The notes under the pieces are model-generated. The model worked only from the letters and a program-made list of their open reading frames with translations, ran no database searches and was not told the origin of the DNA. A program made the position numbers and the translations under genes. From assembly GCA_964016885.1 (NCBI GenBank), contig OZ024753.1:25420001-25484000 (forward strand): 64,000 nt of DNA, read 5' to 3'. The DNA is from Eledone cirrhosa (lineage: Eukaryota). Below, piece by piece: positions 12,301-27,300 of the stretch (the first letter of the stretch is position 1; every line of letters starts with the position of its first letter).

Positions 12301-15300
12301 TCCACCCCAGTTTCAGCAGTCAAGAAGAAATTAAAGAAGGAGAACAGAAGGAGTGACACACTCCACCCCAGTTTCAGCAGACAAGAAGAAATTAAAGAAG
12401 GAGAAGAGGAGTGACACACTCCGCCCCAGTTTCAGCAGACAAGAAGAAATTAAAGCAGGAGAAGAGAAGGAGTGACACACTCCACCCCAGTTTCAACAGT
12501 CAAGAAGATATTAAAGAAAGAAAAGAGAAGGAGTGACACACTCCTCCCCAGTTTCAGCAGTCAAAAGAAATTAAAGAAGGAGAAGAGGAGTGACACACTC
12601 CGCCCCAGTTTCAGCAGACAAGAAGAAATTAAAGAAGGAAAAGAGAAGGAGTGACACACTCCTCCCCAGTTTCAGCAGACAAGAGGAAATTAAAGAAGGA
12701 GAAGAGAAGGAGTGACACACTCCACCCCAGTTTCAGCAGACAAGAAGAAATTAAAGAAGGAGAAGAGAAGGAGTGACACACTCCACCCCAGTTTCAGCAG
12801 ACAAGAAGATATTAAAGAAGGAAAAGAGAAGGAGTGACACACTCCACCCCAGTTTCAGCAGACAAGAAGAAATTAAAGAAGGAGAAGAGAAGGAGTGACA
12901 CACTCCACCCCAGGTTCAGCAGTCAAGAAGAAATTAAAGAAGGAGAGGAGAAGGAGTGACACACTCCACCCCAGTTTCGGCAGACAAGAAGATATTAAAG
13001 AAGGAAAAGAGAAGGAGTGACACACTCCACCCCAGTTTCAGCAGTCAGGAAGAAATTAAAGAAGAAGAGGAGGAGGAGTGACACACTCCACCCCAGTTTC
13101 AGCAGACAAGAAGATATTAAAGTAGGAAAAGAGAAGGAGTGACACACTCCACCCCAGTTTCAGCAGTCAAGAAGAAATTAAAGAAGGAGAAGAGAAGGAG
13201 TGACACACTCCACCCCAGTTTCAACAGACAAGAAGAAATTAAAGAAGGAGAAGAGAAGGAGTGACACACTCCACCCCAGTTTCAGCAGTCAAGGAGAAAT
13301 TAAAGAAGGAGAAGAGAAGGAGTGACACACTCCACCCCAGTTTCAACAGACAAGAAGATATTAAAGAAGGAGAAGAGAAGGAGTGACACACTCCACCCCA
13401 GTTTCAACAGACAAGAAGAAATTAAAGAAGGAGAAGAGAAGGAGTGACACACTCCACCCCAGTTTCAGCAGTCAAGAAGAAATTAAAGGAGAAGAGAAGG
13501 AGTGACACACGCCACCCCAGTTTCAACAGACAAGAAGAAATTAAAGAAGGAGAAGAGAAGGAGTGACACACGCCACCCCAGTTTCAACAGACAAGAAGAA
13601 ATTAAAGAAGGAGAAGAGAAGGAGTGACACACTCCACCCCAGTTTCAACAGACAAGAAGAAATTAAAGAAGGAGAAGAGAAGGAGTGACACACTCCACCC
13701 CAGTTTCAACAGACAAGAAGATATTAAAGTAGGAAAAGAGAAGGAGTGACACACTCCACCCCAGTTTCAGCAGTCAAGAAGAAATTAAAGGAGAAGAGAA
13801 GGAGTGACACACTCCGCCCCAGTTTCAACAGACAAGAAGAAATTAAAGAAGGAGAAGAGAAGGAGTGACACACTCCACCCCAGTTTCAACAGACAAGAAG
13901 ATATTAAAGTAGGAAAAGAGAAGGAGTGACACACTCCACCCCAGTTTCAGCAGTCAAGAAGAAATTAAAGGAGAAGAGAAGGAGTGACACACTCCACCCC
14001 AGTTTCAGCAGTCAAGGAGAAATTAAAGAAGGAGAAGAGAAGGAGTGACACACTCCACCCGAGTTTCAACAGACAAGAAGACATTAAAGAAGGAGAAGAG
14101 AAGGAGTGACACACTCCACCCCAATTTCAGCAGTCAAGAAGAAATTAAAGGAGAAGAGAAGGAGTGACACACGCCACCCCAGTTTCAACAGACAAGAAGA
14201 AATTAAAGAAGGAGAAGAGAAGGAGTGACACACTCCACCCCAATTTCAACAGTCAAGAAGATATTAAAGAAGGAGAAGAGAAGGAGTGACACACGCCACC
14301 CCAGTTTCAACAGACAAGAAGACATTAAAGAAGGAGAAGAGAAGGAGTGACACACTCCACCCCAATTTCAACAGTCAAGAAGATATTAAAGAAGGAAAAG
14401 AGAAGGAGTGACACACTCCACCTCAGTTTCAGCAGTCAAGAAGAAATTAAAGGAGAAGAGAAGAAGTGACACACTCCACCCCAGTTTCAACAGACAAGAA
14501 GAAATTAAAGAAGGAGAAGAGAAGGAGTGACACACTCCACCCCAGTTCCAGCAGTCAAGAAGAAATTAAAGAAGGAGAAGAGAAGGAGTGACACACTCCA
14601 CCCCAGTTTCAGCAGACAAGAGGAAATTAAAGAAGGAAAAGAGAAGGAGTGACACGCTGCACCCCAGTTTCAGCAGTCAAGAAGAAATTAAAGAAGGAGA
14701 AGAGAAGGAGTGACACACTCCACCCCAGTTTCAACAGTCAAGAAGATATTAAAGAAGGAAAAGAGAAGGAGTGACACACTCCACCCCAGTTTCAGCAGAC
14801 ATGAAGAAATTAAAGAAGGAGAAGAGAAGGAGTGACACACTCCACCCCAGTTTCAGCAGTCAAGAAGAAATTAAAGAAGGAAATGAGAAGGAGTGACACA
14901 CTCCACCCCAGTTTCAGCAGACAAGTAGAAATTAAAGAAGGAAAAGAGAAGGAGTGACACACTCTACCCCAGTTTCAGCAGTCAAGAAGAAATTAAAGAA
15001 GGAGAAGAGAAGGAGTGACACACTCCACCCCAGTTTCAGCAGACAAGAAGAAATTAAAGAAGGAGAAGAGAAGGAGTGACACACTCCACCCCAGTTTCAG
15101 CAGTCAAGAAGATATTAAAGAAGGAAAAGAGAAGGAGTGAGACACTCCACCCCAGTTTCAACAGACAAGAAGAAATTAAAGAAGGAGAAGAGAAGGAGTG
15201 ACACACTCCACCCCAGTTTCAACAGACAAGAAGATATTAAAGTAGGAAAGGAGAAGGAGTGACACACTCCACCCCAGTTTCAACAGACAAGAAGAAATTA

Positions 15301-18300
15301 AAGAAGGAGAAGAGAAGGAGTGACACACTCCACCCCAGTTTCAACAGACAAGAAGATATTAAAGTAGGAAAGGAGAAGGAGTGACACACTCCACCCCAGT
15401 TTCAGCAGTCAAGAAGAAATTAAAGGAGAAGAGAAGGAGTGACACACGCCACCCCAGTTTCAACAGACAAGAAGAAATTAAAGAAGGAGAAGAGAAGGAG
15501 TGACACACTCCACCCCAGTTTCAGCAGTCAAGAAGAAATTAAAGGAGAAGAGAAGGAGTGACACACTCCACCCCAGTTTCAGCAGTCAAGAGGAAATTAA
15601 AGAAGGAAAAGAGAAGGAGTGACACACTCCACCTCAGTTTCAACAGACAAGAAGATATTAAAGTAGGAAAAGAGAAGGAGTGACACACTCCACCCCAGTT
15701 TCAGCAGTCAAGAGGAAATTAAAGAAGGAAAAGAGAAGGAGTGACACACTCCACCCCAGTTTCAGCAGTCAAGAAGATATTAAAGAAGGAGAGGAGAAGG
15801 AGTGACACACTCCACCCCAGTTTCAGCAGTCAAGAAGAAATTAAAGAAGGAGAAGAGAAGGAGTGACACACTCCACCCCAGTTTCAGCAGTCAAGGAGAA
15901 ATTAAAGAAGGAAAAGAGAAGGAGTGACACACTCCACCTCAGTTTCAGCAGTCAAGAAGATATTAAAGAAGGAGAGGAGAAGGAGTGACACACTCCACCC
16001 CAGTTTCAGCAGTCAAGAAGGAATTAAAGAAGGAGAGGAGAAGGAGTGACACACTCCACCCCAGTTTCAGCAGTCAAGAAGATATTAAAGAAGGAGAGGA
16101 GAAGGAGTGACACACTCCACCCCAGTTTCAGCAGTCAAGAAGAAATTAAAGAAGGAGAAGAGAAGGAGTGACACACTCCACCCCAGTTTCAGCAGTCAAG
16201 GAGAAATTAAAGAAGGAGAAGAGAAGGAGTGACACACCCCACCCGAGTTTCAACAGACAAGAAGAAATTAAAGAAGGAGAAGAGAAGGAGTGACACACTC
16301 CACCCCAGTTTCAACAGTCAAGAAGATATTAAAGAAGGAAAAGAGAAGGAGTGACACACTCCACCTCAGTTTCAACAGACAAGAAGAAATTAAAGAAGGA
16401 GAAGAGAAGGAGTGACACACTCCACCCCAGTTCCAGCAGTCAAGAAGAAATTAAAGAAGGAGAAGAGAAGGAGTGACACACTCCACCCCAGTTTCAGCAG
16501 ACAAGAGGAAATTAAAGAAGGAAAAGAGAAGGAGTGACACGCTGCACCCCAGTTTCAGCAGACATGAAGAAACTAAAGAAGGAGAGTAGAAGGAGTGACA
16601 CACTCCACCCCAGTTTCAGCAGTCAAAAAGATATTAAAGAAGGAAAAGAGAAGGAGTGACACACTCCACACCAGTTTCAGCAGACAAGAGGAAATTAAAG
16701 AAGGAAAAGAGAAGGAGTGACACACTCCACACCAGTTTCAGCAGTCAAGAAGAAATTAAAGAAGGAAAAGAGAAGGAGTGACACGCTGCACCCCAGTTTC
16801 AGCAGACATGAAGAAACTAAAGAAGGAGAGTAGAAGGAGTGACACACTCCACCCCAGTTTCAGCAGTCAAAAAGATATTAAAGAAGGAAAAGAGAAGGAG
16901 TGACACACTCCACCCCAGTTTCAGCAGACAAGAGGAAATTAAAGAAGGAAAAGAGAAGGAGTGACACACTCCACCCCAGTTTCAACAGTCAAGAAGATAT
17001 TAAAGAAGGAAAAGAGAAGGAGTGACACACTCCACCCCAGTTTCAGCAGACATGAAGAAACTAAAGAAGGAGAGTAGAAGGAGTGACACACTCCACCCCA
17101 GTTTCAGCAGTCAAAAAGATATTAAAGAAGGAGAGGAGAAGGAGTGACACACTCCACCCCAGTTTCATCAGTCAAGAAGAAATTAAAGAAGGAAAAGAGA
17201 AGGAGTGACACACTCCACCCCAGTTTCAGCAGACAAGTAGAAATTAAAGAAGGAAAAGAAAAGGAGTGACACACTCCACCCCAGTTTCAGCAGTCAAGAA
17301 GATATTAAAGAAGGAGAAGAGAAGGAGTGACACACTCCACCCCAGTTTCAGCAGACAAGAAGAAATTAAAGGAGAAGAGAAGGAGTGACACACTCCACCC
17401 CAGTTTCAGCAGTCAAGAAGATATTAAAGAAGGAGAAGAGAAAGAGTGACACACTCCACCCCAGTTTCAACAGACAAGAAGAAATTAAAGAAGGAGAAGA
17501 GAAGGAGTGACACACTCCACCCCAGTTTCAGCAGTCAAGAAGAAATTAAAGAAGGAGAAGAGAAGGAGTGACACACTCCACCCAAGTTTCAGCAGTCAAG
17601 GAGAAATTAAAGAAGGAGAAGAGAAGGAGTGACACACTCCACCCCAGTTTCAGCAGACAAGAGGAAATTAAAGAAGGAGAAGAGAAGGAGTGAGACACTC
17701 CACCCCAGTTTCAGCAGACAAGAAGAAATTAAAGAAGGAGAAGAGAAGGAGTGACACACTCCACCCCAGTTTCAGCAGACAAGAAGAAATTAAAGAAGGA
17801 GAAGAGAAGGAGTGACACACTCCACCCCAGTTTCAGCAGACAGGAAGAAATTAAAGAAGGAGAAGAGAAGGAGTGACACACTCCACCCCAGTTTCAGCAG
17901 ACAAGAAGAAATTAAAGGAGAAGAGAAGGAGTGACACACTCCACCCCAGTTTCAGCAGTCAAGAAGATATTAAAGAAGGAGAAGAGAAGGAGTGACACAC
18001 TCCACCCCAGTTTCAACAGACAAGAAGATATTAACGAAGGAAAAGAGAAGGAGTGACACACTCCACCCCAGTTTCAGCAGTCAAAAGAAATTAAAGAAGG
18101 AGAAGAGAAGGAGTGACACACTCCACCCCAGTTTCAGCAGACAAGAAGAAATTAAAGAAGGAAAAGAGAAGGAGTGACACACTCCACCCCAGTTTCAGCA
18201 GTCAAAAGAAATTAAAGAAGGAGAAGAGAAGGAGTGACACACTCCACCCCAGTTTCAGCAGACAAGAAGAAATTAAAGAAGGAAAAGAGAAGGAGTGACA

Positions 18301-21300
18301 CACTCCACCCCAGTTTCAGCATTCAAGAAGATATTAAATAAGGAGAGGAGAAGGAGTGACACACTCCACCCCAGTTTCAGCAGTCAAGAAGAAATTAAAG
18401 AAGGAGAAGAGAAGGAGTGACACACTCCACCCCAGTTTCAGCATTCAAGAAGATATTAAATAAGGAGAGGAGAAGGAGTGACACACTCCACCCCAGTTTC
18501 AGCAGTCAAAAGAAATTAAAGAAGGAGAAGAGAAGGAGTGACACACTCCACACCAGTTTCAGCAGTCAAGAAGAAATTAAAGAAGGAGAAGAGAAGGAGT
18601 GACACACTCCACCCCAGTTTCAGCAGACAAGAAGAAATTAAAGAAGGAAAAGAGAAGGAGTGACACACTCCTCCCCAGTTTCAGCAGACAAGAGGAAATT
18701 AAAGAAGGAGAAGAGAAGGAGTGACACACTCCACCCCAGTTTCAGCAGACAAGAGGAAATTAAAGAAGGAGAAGAGAAGGAGTGACACACTCCAGCCCAG
18801 TTTCAGCAGACAAGAGGAAATTAAAGAAGGAGAAGAGAAGGAGTGACACACTCCACCCCAGTTTCAGCAGTCAAAAGAAATTAAAGAAGGAGAAGAGAAG
18901 GAGTGACACACTCCACCCCAGTTTCAACAGACAAGAAGATATTAAAGAAGGAGAAGAGAAGGAGTGACACACTCCACCCCAGTTTCAACAGACAAGAAGA
19001 TATTAAAGAAGGAGTAGAGAAGGAGTGACACACTCCACCCCAGTTTCAACAGACAAGAAGATATTAAAGAAGGAGAAGAGAAGGAGTGACACACTCCACC
19101 CCAGTTTCAACAGACAAGAAGATATTAAAGAAGGAGAAGAGAAGGAGTGACACACTCCACCCCAGTTTCAGCAGACAAGAAGAAATTAAAGAAGGAAAAG
19201 AGAAGGAGTGACACACTCCGCCCCAGTTTCAGCAGTCAAGGAGAAATTAAAGAAGGAAAAGAGAAGGAGTGACACACTCCACCCCAATTTCAGCAGTGAA
19301 GAAGAAATTAAAGAAGGAGAAGAGAAGGAGTGACACACTGCACCCCAGTTTCAACAGACAAGAAGATATTAAAGAAGGAGAAGAGAAGGAGTGACACACT
19401 CCACCCCAGTTTCAACAGACAAGAAGATATTAAAGAAGGAGAAGAGAAGGAGTGACACACTCCACCCCAGTTTCAACAGACAAGAAGATATTAAAGAAGG
19501 AGAAGAGAAGGAGTGACACACTCCACCCCAGTTTCAACAGACAAGAAGAAATTAAAGAAGGAGAAGAGAAGGAGTGACACACTCCACCCCAGTTTCAGCA
19601 GTCAAGAAGAAGTTAAAGAAGGAGAAGAGAAGGAGTGACACACTCAACCCCAGTTTCAACAGACAAGAAGAAATTAAAGAAGGAAAAGAGAAGGAGTGAC
19701 ACACTCCGCCCCAGTTTCAGCAGTCAAGGAGAAATTAAAGAAGGAAAAGAGAAGGAGTGACACACTCCACCCCAATTTCAGCAGTGAAGAAGAAATTAAA
19801 GAAGGAGAAGAGAAGGAGTGACACACTGCACCCCAGTTTCAACAGACAAGAAGATATTAAAGAAGGAGAAGAGAAGGAGTGACACACTCCACCCCAGTTT
19901 CAACAGACAAGAAGATATTAAAGAAGGAGAAGAGAAGGAGTGACACACTCCACCCCAGTTTCAACAGACAAGAAGATATTAAAGAAGGAGAAGAGAAGGA
20001 GTGACACACTCCACCCGAGTTTCAACAGACAAGAAGAAATTAAAGAAGGAGAAGAGAAGGAGTGACACACTCCACCCCAGTTTCAGCAGTCAAGAAGAAG
20101 TTAAAGAAGGAGAAGAGAAGGAGTGACACACTCAACCCCAGTTTCAACAGACAAGAAGATATTAAAGAAGGAAAAGAGAAGGAGTGACATGCTGCACCCC
20201 AGTTCCAGCAGTCAAGAAGAAATTAAAGAAGGAAAAGAGAAGGAGTGACACGCTGCACCCCAGTTTCAGCAGTCAAGAAGAAATTAAAGAAGGAGAAGAG
20301 AAGGAGTGACACACTCCACCCCATTTTCAACAGTCAAGACGATATTAAAGAAGGAAAAGAGAAGGAGTGACACACTCCACCCCAGTTTCAGCAGAGAAAG
20401 AAGAAATTAAAGAAGAAGAGAAGGAGTGACACACTCCACCCCAGTTTCAGCAGAGAAAGAAGAAATTCAAAGAAGAAGAGAAGGAGTGACACACTCCACC
20501 CCAGTTTCAACAGACAAGAAGATATTAAAGAAGGAGAAGAGAAGGAGTGACACACTCCACCCCAGTTTCAGCAGACAAGAAGATATTAAAGAAGGAGAAG
20601 AGAAGGAGTGACACACTCCGCCCCAGTTTCAGCAGACAAGAAGAAATTAAAGCAGGAGAAGAGAAGGAGTGACACACTCCACCCCAGTTTCAACAGTCAA
20701 GAAGATATTAAAGAAAGAAAAGAGAAGGAGTGACACACTCCTCCCCAGTTTCAGCAGTCAAAAGAAATTAAAGAAGGAGAAGAGGAGTGACACACTCCGC
20801 CCCAGTTTCAGCAGACAAGAAGAAATTAAAGAAGGAAAAGAGAAGGAGTGACACACTCCTCCCCAGTTTCAGCAGACAAGAGGAAATTAAAGAAGGAGAA
20901 GAGAAGGAGTGACACACTCCACCCCAGTTTCAGCAGACAAGAAGAAATTAAAGAAGGAGAAGAGAAGGAGTGACACACTCCACCCCAGTTTCAGCAGACA
21001 AGAAGATATTAAAGAAGGAAAAGAGAAGGAGTGACACACTCCACCCCAGTTTCAGCAGACAAGAAGAAATTAAAGAAGGAGAAGAGAAGGAGTGACACAC
21101 TCCACCCCAGGTTCAGCAGTCAGGAAGAAATTAAAGAAGAAGAGGAGGAGGAGTGACACACTCCACCCCAGTTTCAGCAGACAAGAAGATATTAAAGTAG
21201 GAAAAGAGAAGGAGTGACACACTCCACCCCAGTTTCAGCAGTCAAGAAGAAATTAAAGAAGGAGAAGAGAAGGAGTGACACACTCCACCCCAGTTTCAAC

Positions 21301-24300
21301 AGACAAGAAGAAATTAAAGAAGGAGAAGAGAAGGAGTGACACACTCCACCCCAGTTTCAGCAGTCAAGGAGAAATTAAAGAAGGAGAAGAGAAGGAGTGA
21401 CACACTCCACCCCAGTTTCAACAGACAAGAAGATATTAAAGAAGGAGAAGAGAAGGAGTGACACACTCCACCCCAGTTTCAACAGACAAGAAGAAATTAA
21501 AGAAGGAGAAGAGAAGGAGTGACACACTCCACCCCAGTTTCAGCAGTCAAGAAGAAATTAAAGGAGAAGAGAAGGAGTGACACACGCCACCCCAGTTTCA
21601 ACAGACAAGAAGAAATTAAAGAAGGAGAAGAGAAGGAGTGACACACGCCACCCCAGTTTCAACAGACAAGAAGAAATTAAAGAAGGAGAAGAGAAGGAGT
21701 GACACACTCCACCCCAGTTTCAACAGACAAGAAGAAATTAAAGAAGGAGAAGAGAAGGAGTGACACACTCCACCCCAGTTTCAACAGACAAGAAGATATT
21801 AAAGTAGGAAAAGAGAAGGAGTGACACACTCCACCCCAGTTTCAGCAGTCAAGAAGAAATTAAAGGAGAAGAGAAGGAGTGACACACTCCGCCCCAGTTT
21901 CAACAGACAAGAAGAAATTAAAGAAGGAGAAGAGAAGGAGTGACACACTCCACCCCAGTTTCAACAGACAAGAAGATATTAAAGTAGGAAAAGAGAAGGA
22001 GTGACACACTCCACCCCAGTTTCAGCAGTCAAGAAGAAATTAAAGGAGAAGAGAAGGAGTGACACACTCCACCCCAGTTTCAGCAGTCAAGGAGAAATTA
22101 AAGAAGGAGAAGAGAAGGAGTGACACACTCCACCCGAGTTTCAACAGACAAGAAGACATTAAAGAAGGAGAAGAGAAGGAGTGACACACTCCACCCCAAT
22201 TTCAGCAGTCAAGAAGAAATTAAAGGAGAAGAGAAGGAGTGACACACGCCACCCCAGTTTCAACAGACAAGAAGAAATTAAAGAAGGAGAAGAGAAGGAG
22301 TGACACACTCCACCCCAATTTCAACAGTCAAGAAGATATTAAAGAAGGAGAAGAGAAGGAGTGACACACGCCACCCCAGTTTCAACAGACAAGAAGACAT
22401 TAAAGAAGGAGAAGAGAAGGAGTGACACACTCCACCCCAATTTCAACAGTCAAGAAGATATTAAAGAAGGAAAAGAGAAGGAGTGACACACTCCACCTCA
22501 GTTTCAGCAGTCAAGAAGAAATTAAAGGAGAAGAGAAGAAGTGACACACTCCACCCCAGTTTCAACAGACAAGAAGAAATTAAAGAAGGAGAAGAGAAGG
22601 AGTGACACACTCCACCCCAGTTCCAGCAGTCAAGAAGAAATTAAAGAAGGAGAAGAGAAGGAGTGACACACTCCACCCCAGTTTCAGCAGACAAGAGGAA
22701 ATTAAAGAAGGAAAAGAGAAGGAGTGACACGCTGCACCCCAGTTTCAGCAGTCAAGAAGAAATTAAAGAAGGAGAAGAGAAGGAGTGACACACTCCACCC
22801 CAGTTTCAACAGTCAAGAAGATATTAAAGAAGGAAAAGAGAAGGAGTGACACACTCCACCCCAGTTTCAGCAGACATGAAGAAATTAAAGAAGGAGAAGA
22901 GAAGGAGTGACACACTCCACCCCAGTTTCAGCAGTCAAGAAGAAATTAAAGAAGGAAATGAGAAGGAGTGACACACTCCACCCCAGTTTCAGCAGACAAG
23001 TAGAAATTAAAGAAGGAAAAGAGAAGGAGTGACACACTCTACCCCAGTTTCAGCAGTCAAGAAGAAATTAAAGAAGGAGAAGAGAAGGAGTGACACACTC
23101 CACCCCAGTTTCAGCAGACAAGAAGAAATTAAAGAAGGAGAAGAGAAGGAGTGACACACTCCACCCCAGTTTCAGCAGTCAAGAAGATATTAAAGAAGGA
23201 AAAGAGAAGGAGTGAGACACTCCACCCCAGTTTCAACAGACAAGAAGAAATTAAAGAAGGAGAAGAGAAGGAGTGACACACTCCACCCCAGTTTCAACAG
23301 ACAAGAAGATATTAAAGTAGGAAAGGAGAAGGAGTGACACACTCCACCCCAGTTTCAACAGACAAGAAGAAATTAAAGAAGGAGAAGAGAAGGAGTGACA
23401 CACTCCACCCCAGTTTCAACAGACAAGAAGATATTAAAGTAGGAAAGGAGAAGGAGTGACACACTCCACCCCAGTTTCAGCAGTCAAGAAGAAATTAAAG
23501 GAGAAGAGAAGGAGTGACACACGCCACCCCAGTTTCAACAGACAAGAAGAAATTAAAGAAGGAGAAGAGAAGGAGTGACACACTCCACCCCAGTTTCAGC
23601 AGTCAAGAAGAAATTAAAGGAGAAGAGAAGGAGTGACACACTCCACCCCAGTTTCAGCAGTCAAGAGGAAATTAAAGAAGGAAAAGAGAAGGAGTGACAC
23701 ACTCCACCTCAGTTTCAACAGACAAGAAGATATTAAAGTAGGAAAAGAGAAGGAGTGACACACTCCACCCCAGTTTCAGCAGTCAAGAGGAAATTAAAGA
23801 AGGAAAAGAGAAGGAGTGACACACTCCACCCCAGTTTCAGCAGTCAAGAAGATATTAAAGAAGGAGAGGAGAAGGAGTGACACACTCCACCCCAGTTTCA
23901 GCAGTCAAGAAGAAATTAAAGAAGGAGAAGAGAAGGAGTGACACACTCCACCCCAGTTTCAGCAGTCAAGGAGAAATTAAAGAAGGAAAAGAGAAGGAGT
24001 GACACACTCCACCTCAGTTTCAGCAGTCAAGAAGATATTAAAGAAGGAGAGGAGAAGGAGTGACACACTCCACCCCAGTTTCAGCAGTCAAGAAGGAATT
24101 AAAGAAGGAGAGGAGAAGGAGTGACACACTCCACCCCAGTTTCAGCAGTCAAGAAGATATTAAAGAAGGAGAGGAGAAGGAGTGACACACTCCACCCCAG
24201 TTTCAGCAGTCAAGAAGAAATTAAAGAAGGAGAAGAGAAGGAGTGACACACTCCACCCCAGTTTCAGCAGTCAAGGAGAAATTAAAGAAGGAGAAGAGAA

Positions 24301-27300
24301 GGAGTGACACACCCCACCCGAGTTTCAACAGACAAGAAGAAATTAAAGAAGGAGAAGAGAAGGAGTGACACACTCCACCCCAGTTTCAACAGTCAAGAAG
24401 ATATTAAAGAAGGAAAAGAGAAGGAGTGACACACTCCACCTCAGTTTCAACAGACAAGAAGAAATTAAAGAAGGAGAAGAGAAGGAGTGACACACTCCAC
24501 CCCAGTTCCAGCAGTCAAGAAGAAATTAAAGAAGGAGAAGAGAAGGAGTGACACACTCCACCCCAGTTTCAGCAGACAAGAGGAAATTAAAGAAGGAAAA
24601 GAGAAGGAGTGACACGCTGCACCCCAGTTTCAGCAGACATGAAGAAACTAAAGAAGGAGAGTAGAAGGAGTGACACACTCCACCCCAGTTTCAGCAGTCA
24701 AAAAGATATTAAAGAAGGAAAAGAGAAGGAGTGACACACTCCACACCAGTTTCAGCAGACAAGAGGAAATTAAAGAAGGAAAAGAGAAGGAGTGACACAC
24801 TCCACACCAGTTTCAGCAGTCAAGAAGAAATTAAAGAAGGAAAAGAGAAGGAGTGACACGCTGCACCCCAGTTTCAGCAGACATGAAGAAACTAAAGAAG
24901 GAGAGTAGAAGGAGTGACACACTCCACCCCAGTTTCAGCAGTCAAAAAGATATTAAAGAAGGAAAAGAGAAGGAGTGACACACTCCACCCCAGTTTCAGC
25001 AGACAAGAGGAAATTAAAGAAGGAAAAGAGAAGGAGTGACACACTCCACCCCAGTTTCAACAGTCAAGAAGATATTAAAGAAGGAAAAGAGAAGGAGTGA
25101 CACACTCCACCCCAGTTTCAGCAGACATGAAAAAACTAAAGAAGGAGAGTAGAAGGAGTGACACACTCCACCCCAGTTTCAGCAGTCAAAAAGATATTAA
25201 AGAAGGAGAGGAGAAGGAGTGACACACTCCACCCCAGTTTCATCAGTCAAGAAGAAATTAAAGAAGGAAAAGAGAAGGAGTGACACACTCCACCCCAGTT
25301 TCAGCAGACAAGTAGAAATTAAAGAAGGAAAAGAAAAGGAGTGACACACTCCACCCCAGTTTCAGCAGTCAAGAAGATATTAAAGAAGGAGAAGAGAAGG
25401 AGTGACACACTCCACCCCAGTTTCAGCAGACAAGAAGAAATTAAAGGAGAAGAGAAGGAGTGACACACTCCACCCCAGTTTCAGCAGTCAAGAAGATATT
25501 AAAGAAGGAGAAGAGAAAGAGTGACACACTCCACCCCAGTTTCAACAGACAAGAAGAAATTAAAGAAGGAGAAGAGAAGGAGTGACACACTCCACCCCAG
25601 TTTCAGCAGTCAAGAAGAAATTAAAGAAGGAGAAGAGAAGGAGTGACACACTCCACCCAAGTTTCAGCAGTCAAGGAGAAATTAAAGAAGGAGAAGAGAA
25701 GGAGTGACACACTCCACCCCAGTTTCAGCAGACAAGAGGAAATTAAAGAAGGAGAAGAGAAGGAGTGAGACACTCCACCCCAGTTTCAGCAGACAAGAAG
25801 AAATTAAAGAAGGAGAAGAGAAGGAGTGACACACTCCACCCCAGTTTCAGCAGACAAGAAGAAATTAAAGAAGGAGAAGAGAAGGAGTGACACACTCCAC
25901 CCCAGTTTCAGCAGACAGGAAGAAATTAAAGAAGGAGAAGAGAAGGAGTGACACACTCCACCCCAGTTTCAGCAGACAAGAAGAAATTAAAGGAGAAGAG
26001 AAGGAGTGACACACTCCACCCCAGTTTCAGCAGTCAAGAAGATATTAAAGAAGGAGAAGAGAAGGAGTGACACACTCCACCCCAGTTTCAACAGACAAGA
26101 AGATATTAACGAAGGAAAAGAGAAGGAGTGACACACTCCACCCCAGTTTCAGCAGTCAAAAGAAATTAAAGAAGGAGAAGAGAAGGAGTGACACACTCCA
26201 CCCCAGTTTCAGCAGACAAGAAGAAATTAAAGAAGGAAAAGAGAAGGAGTGACACACTCCACCCCAGTTTCAGCAGTCAAAAGAAATTAAAGAAGGAGAA
26301 GAGAAGGAGTGACACACTCCACCCCAGTTTCAGCAGACAAGAAGAAATTAAAGAAGGAAAAGAGAAGGAGTGACACGCTGCACCCCAGTTTCAGCAGACA
26401 AGAAGAAATTAAAGAAGGAAAAGAGAAGGAGTGACACACTCCACCCCAGTTTCAGCAGTCAAAAGAAATTAAAGAAGGAGAAGAGAAGGAGTGACACACT
26501 CCACCCCAGTTTCAGCAGACAAGAGGAAATTAAAGAAGGAAAAGAGAAGGAGTGACACGCTGCACCCCAGTTTCAGCAGACATGAAGAAACTAAAGAAGG
26601 AGAGTAGAAGGAGTGACACACTCCACCCCAGTTTCAGCAGTCAAAAAGATATTAAAGAAGGAAAAGAGAAGGAGTGACACACTCCACACCAGTTTCAGCA
26701 GACAAGAGGAAATTAAAGAAGGAAAAGAGAAGGAGTGACACACTCCACACCAGTTTCAGCAGTCAAGAAGAAATTAAAGAAGGAAAAGAGAAGGAGTGAC
26801 ACGCTGCACCCCAGTTTCAGCAGACATGAAGAAACTAAAGAAGGAGAGTAGAAGGAGTGACACACTCCACCCCAGTTTCAGCAGTCAAAAAGATATTAAA
26901 GAAGGAAAAGAGAAGGAGTGACACACTCCACCCCAGTTTCAGCAGACAAGAGGAAATTAAAGAAGGAAAAGAGAAGGAGTGACACACTCCACCCCAGTTT
27001 CAACAGTCAAGAAGATATTAAAGAAGGAAAAGAGAAGGAGTGACACACTCCACCCCAGTTTCAGCAGACATGAAGAAACTAAAGAAGGAGAGTAGAAGGA
27101 GTGACACACTCCACCCCAGTTTCAGCAGTCAAAAAGATATTAAAGAAGGAGAGGAGAAGGAGTGACACACTCCACCCCAGTTTCATCAGTCAAGAAGAAA
27201 TTAAAGAAGGAAAAGAGAAGGAGTGACACACTCCACCCCAGTTTCAGCAGACAAGTAGAAATTAAAGAAGGAAAAGAAAAGGAGTGACACACTCCACCCC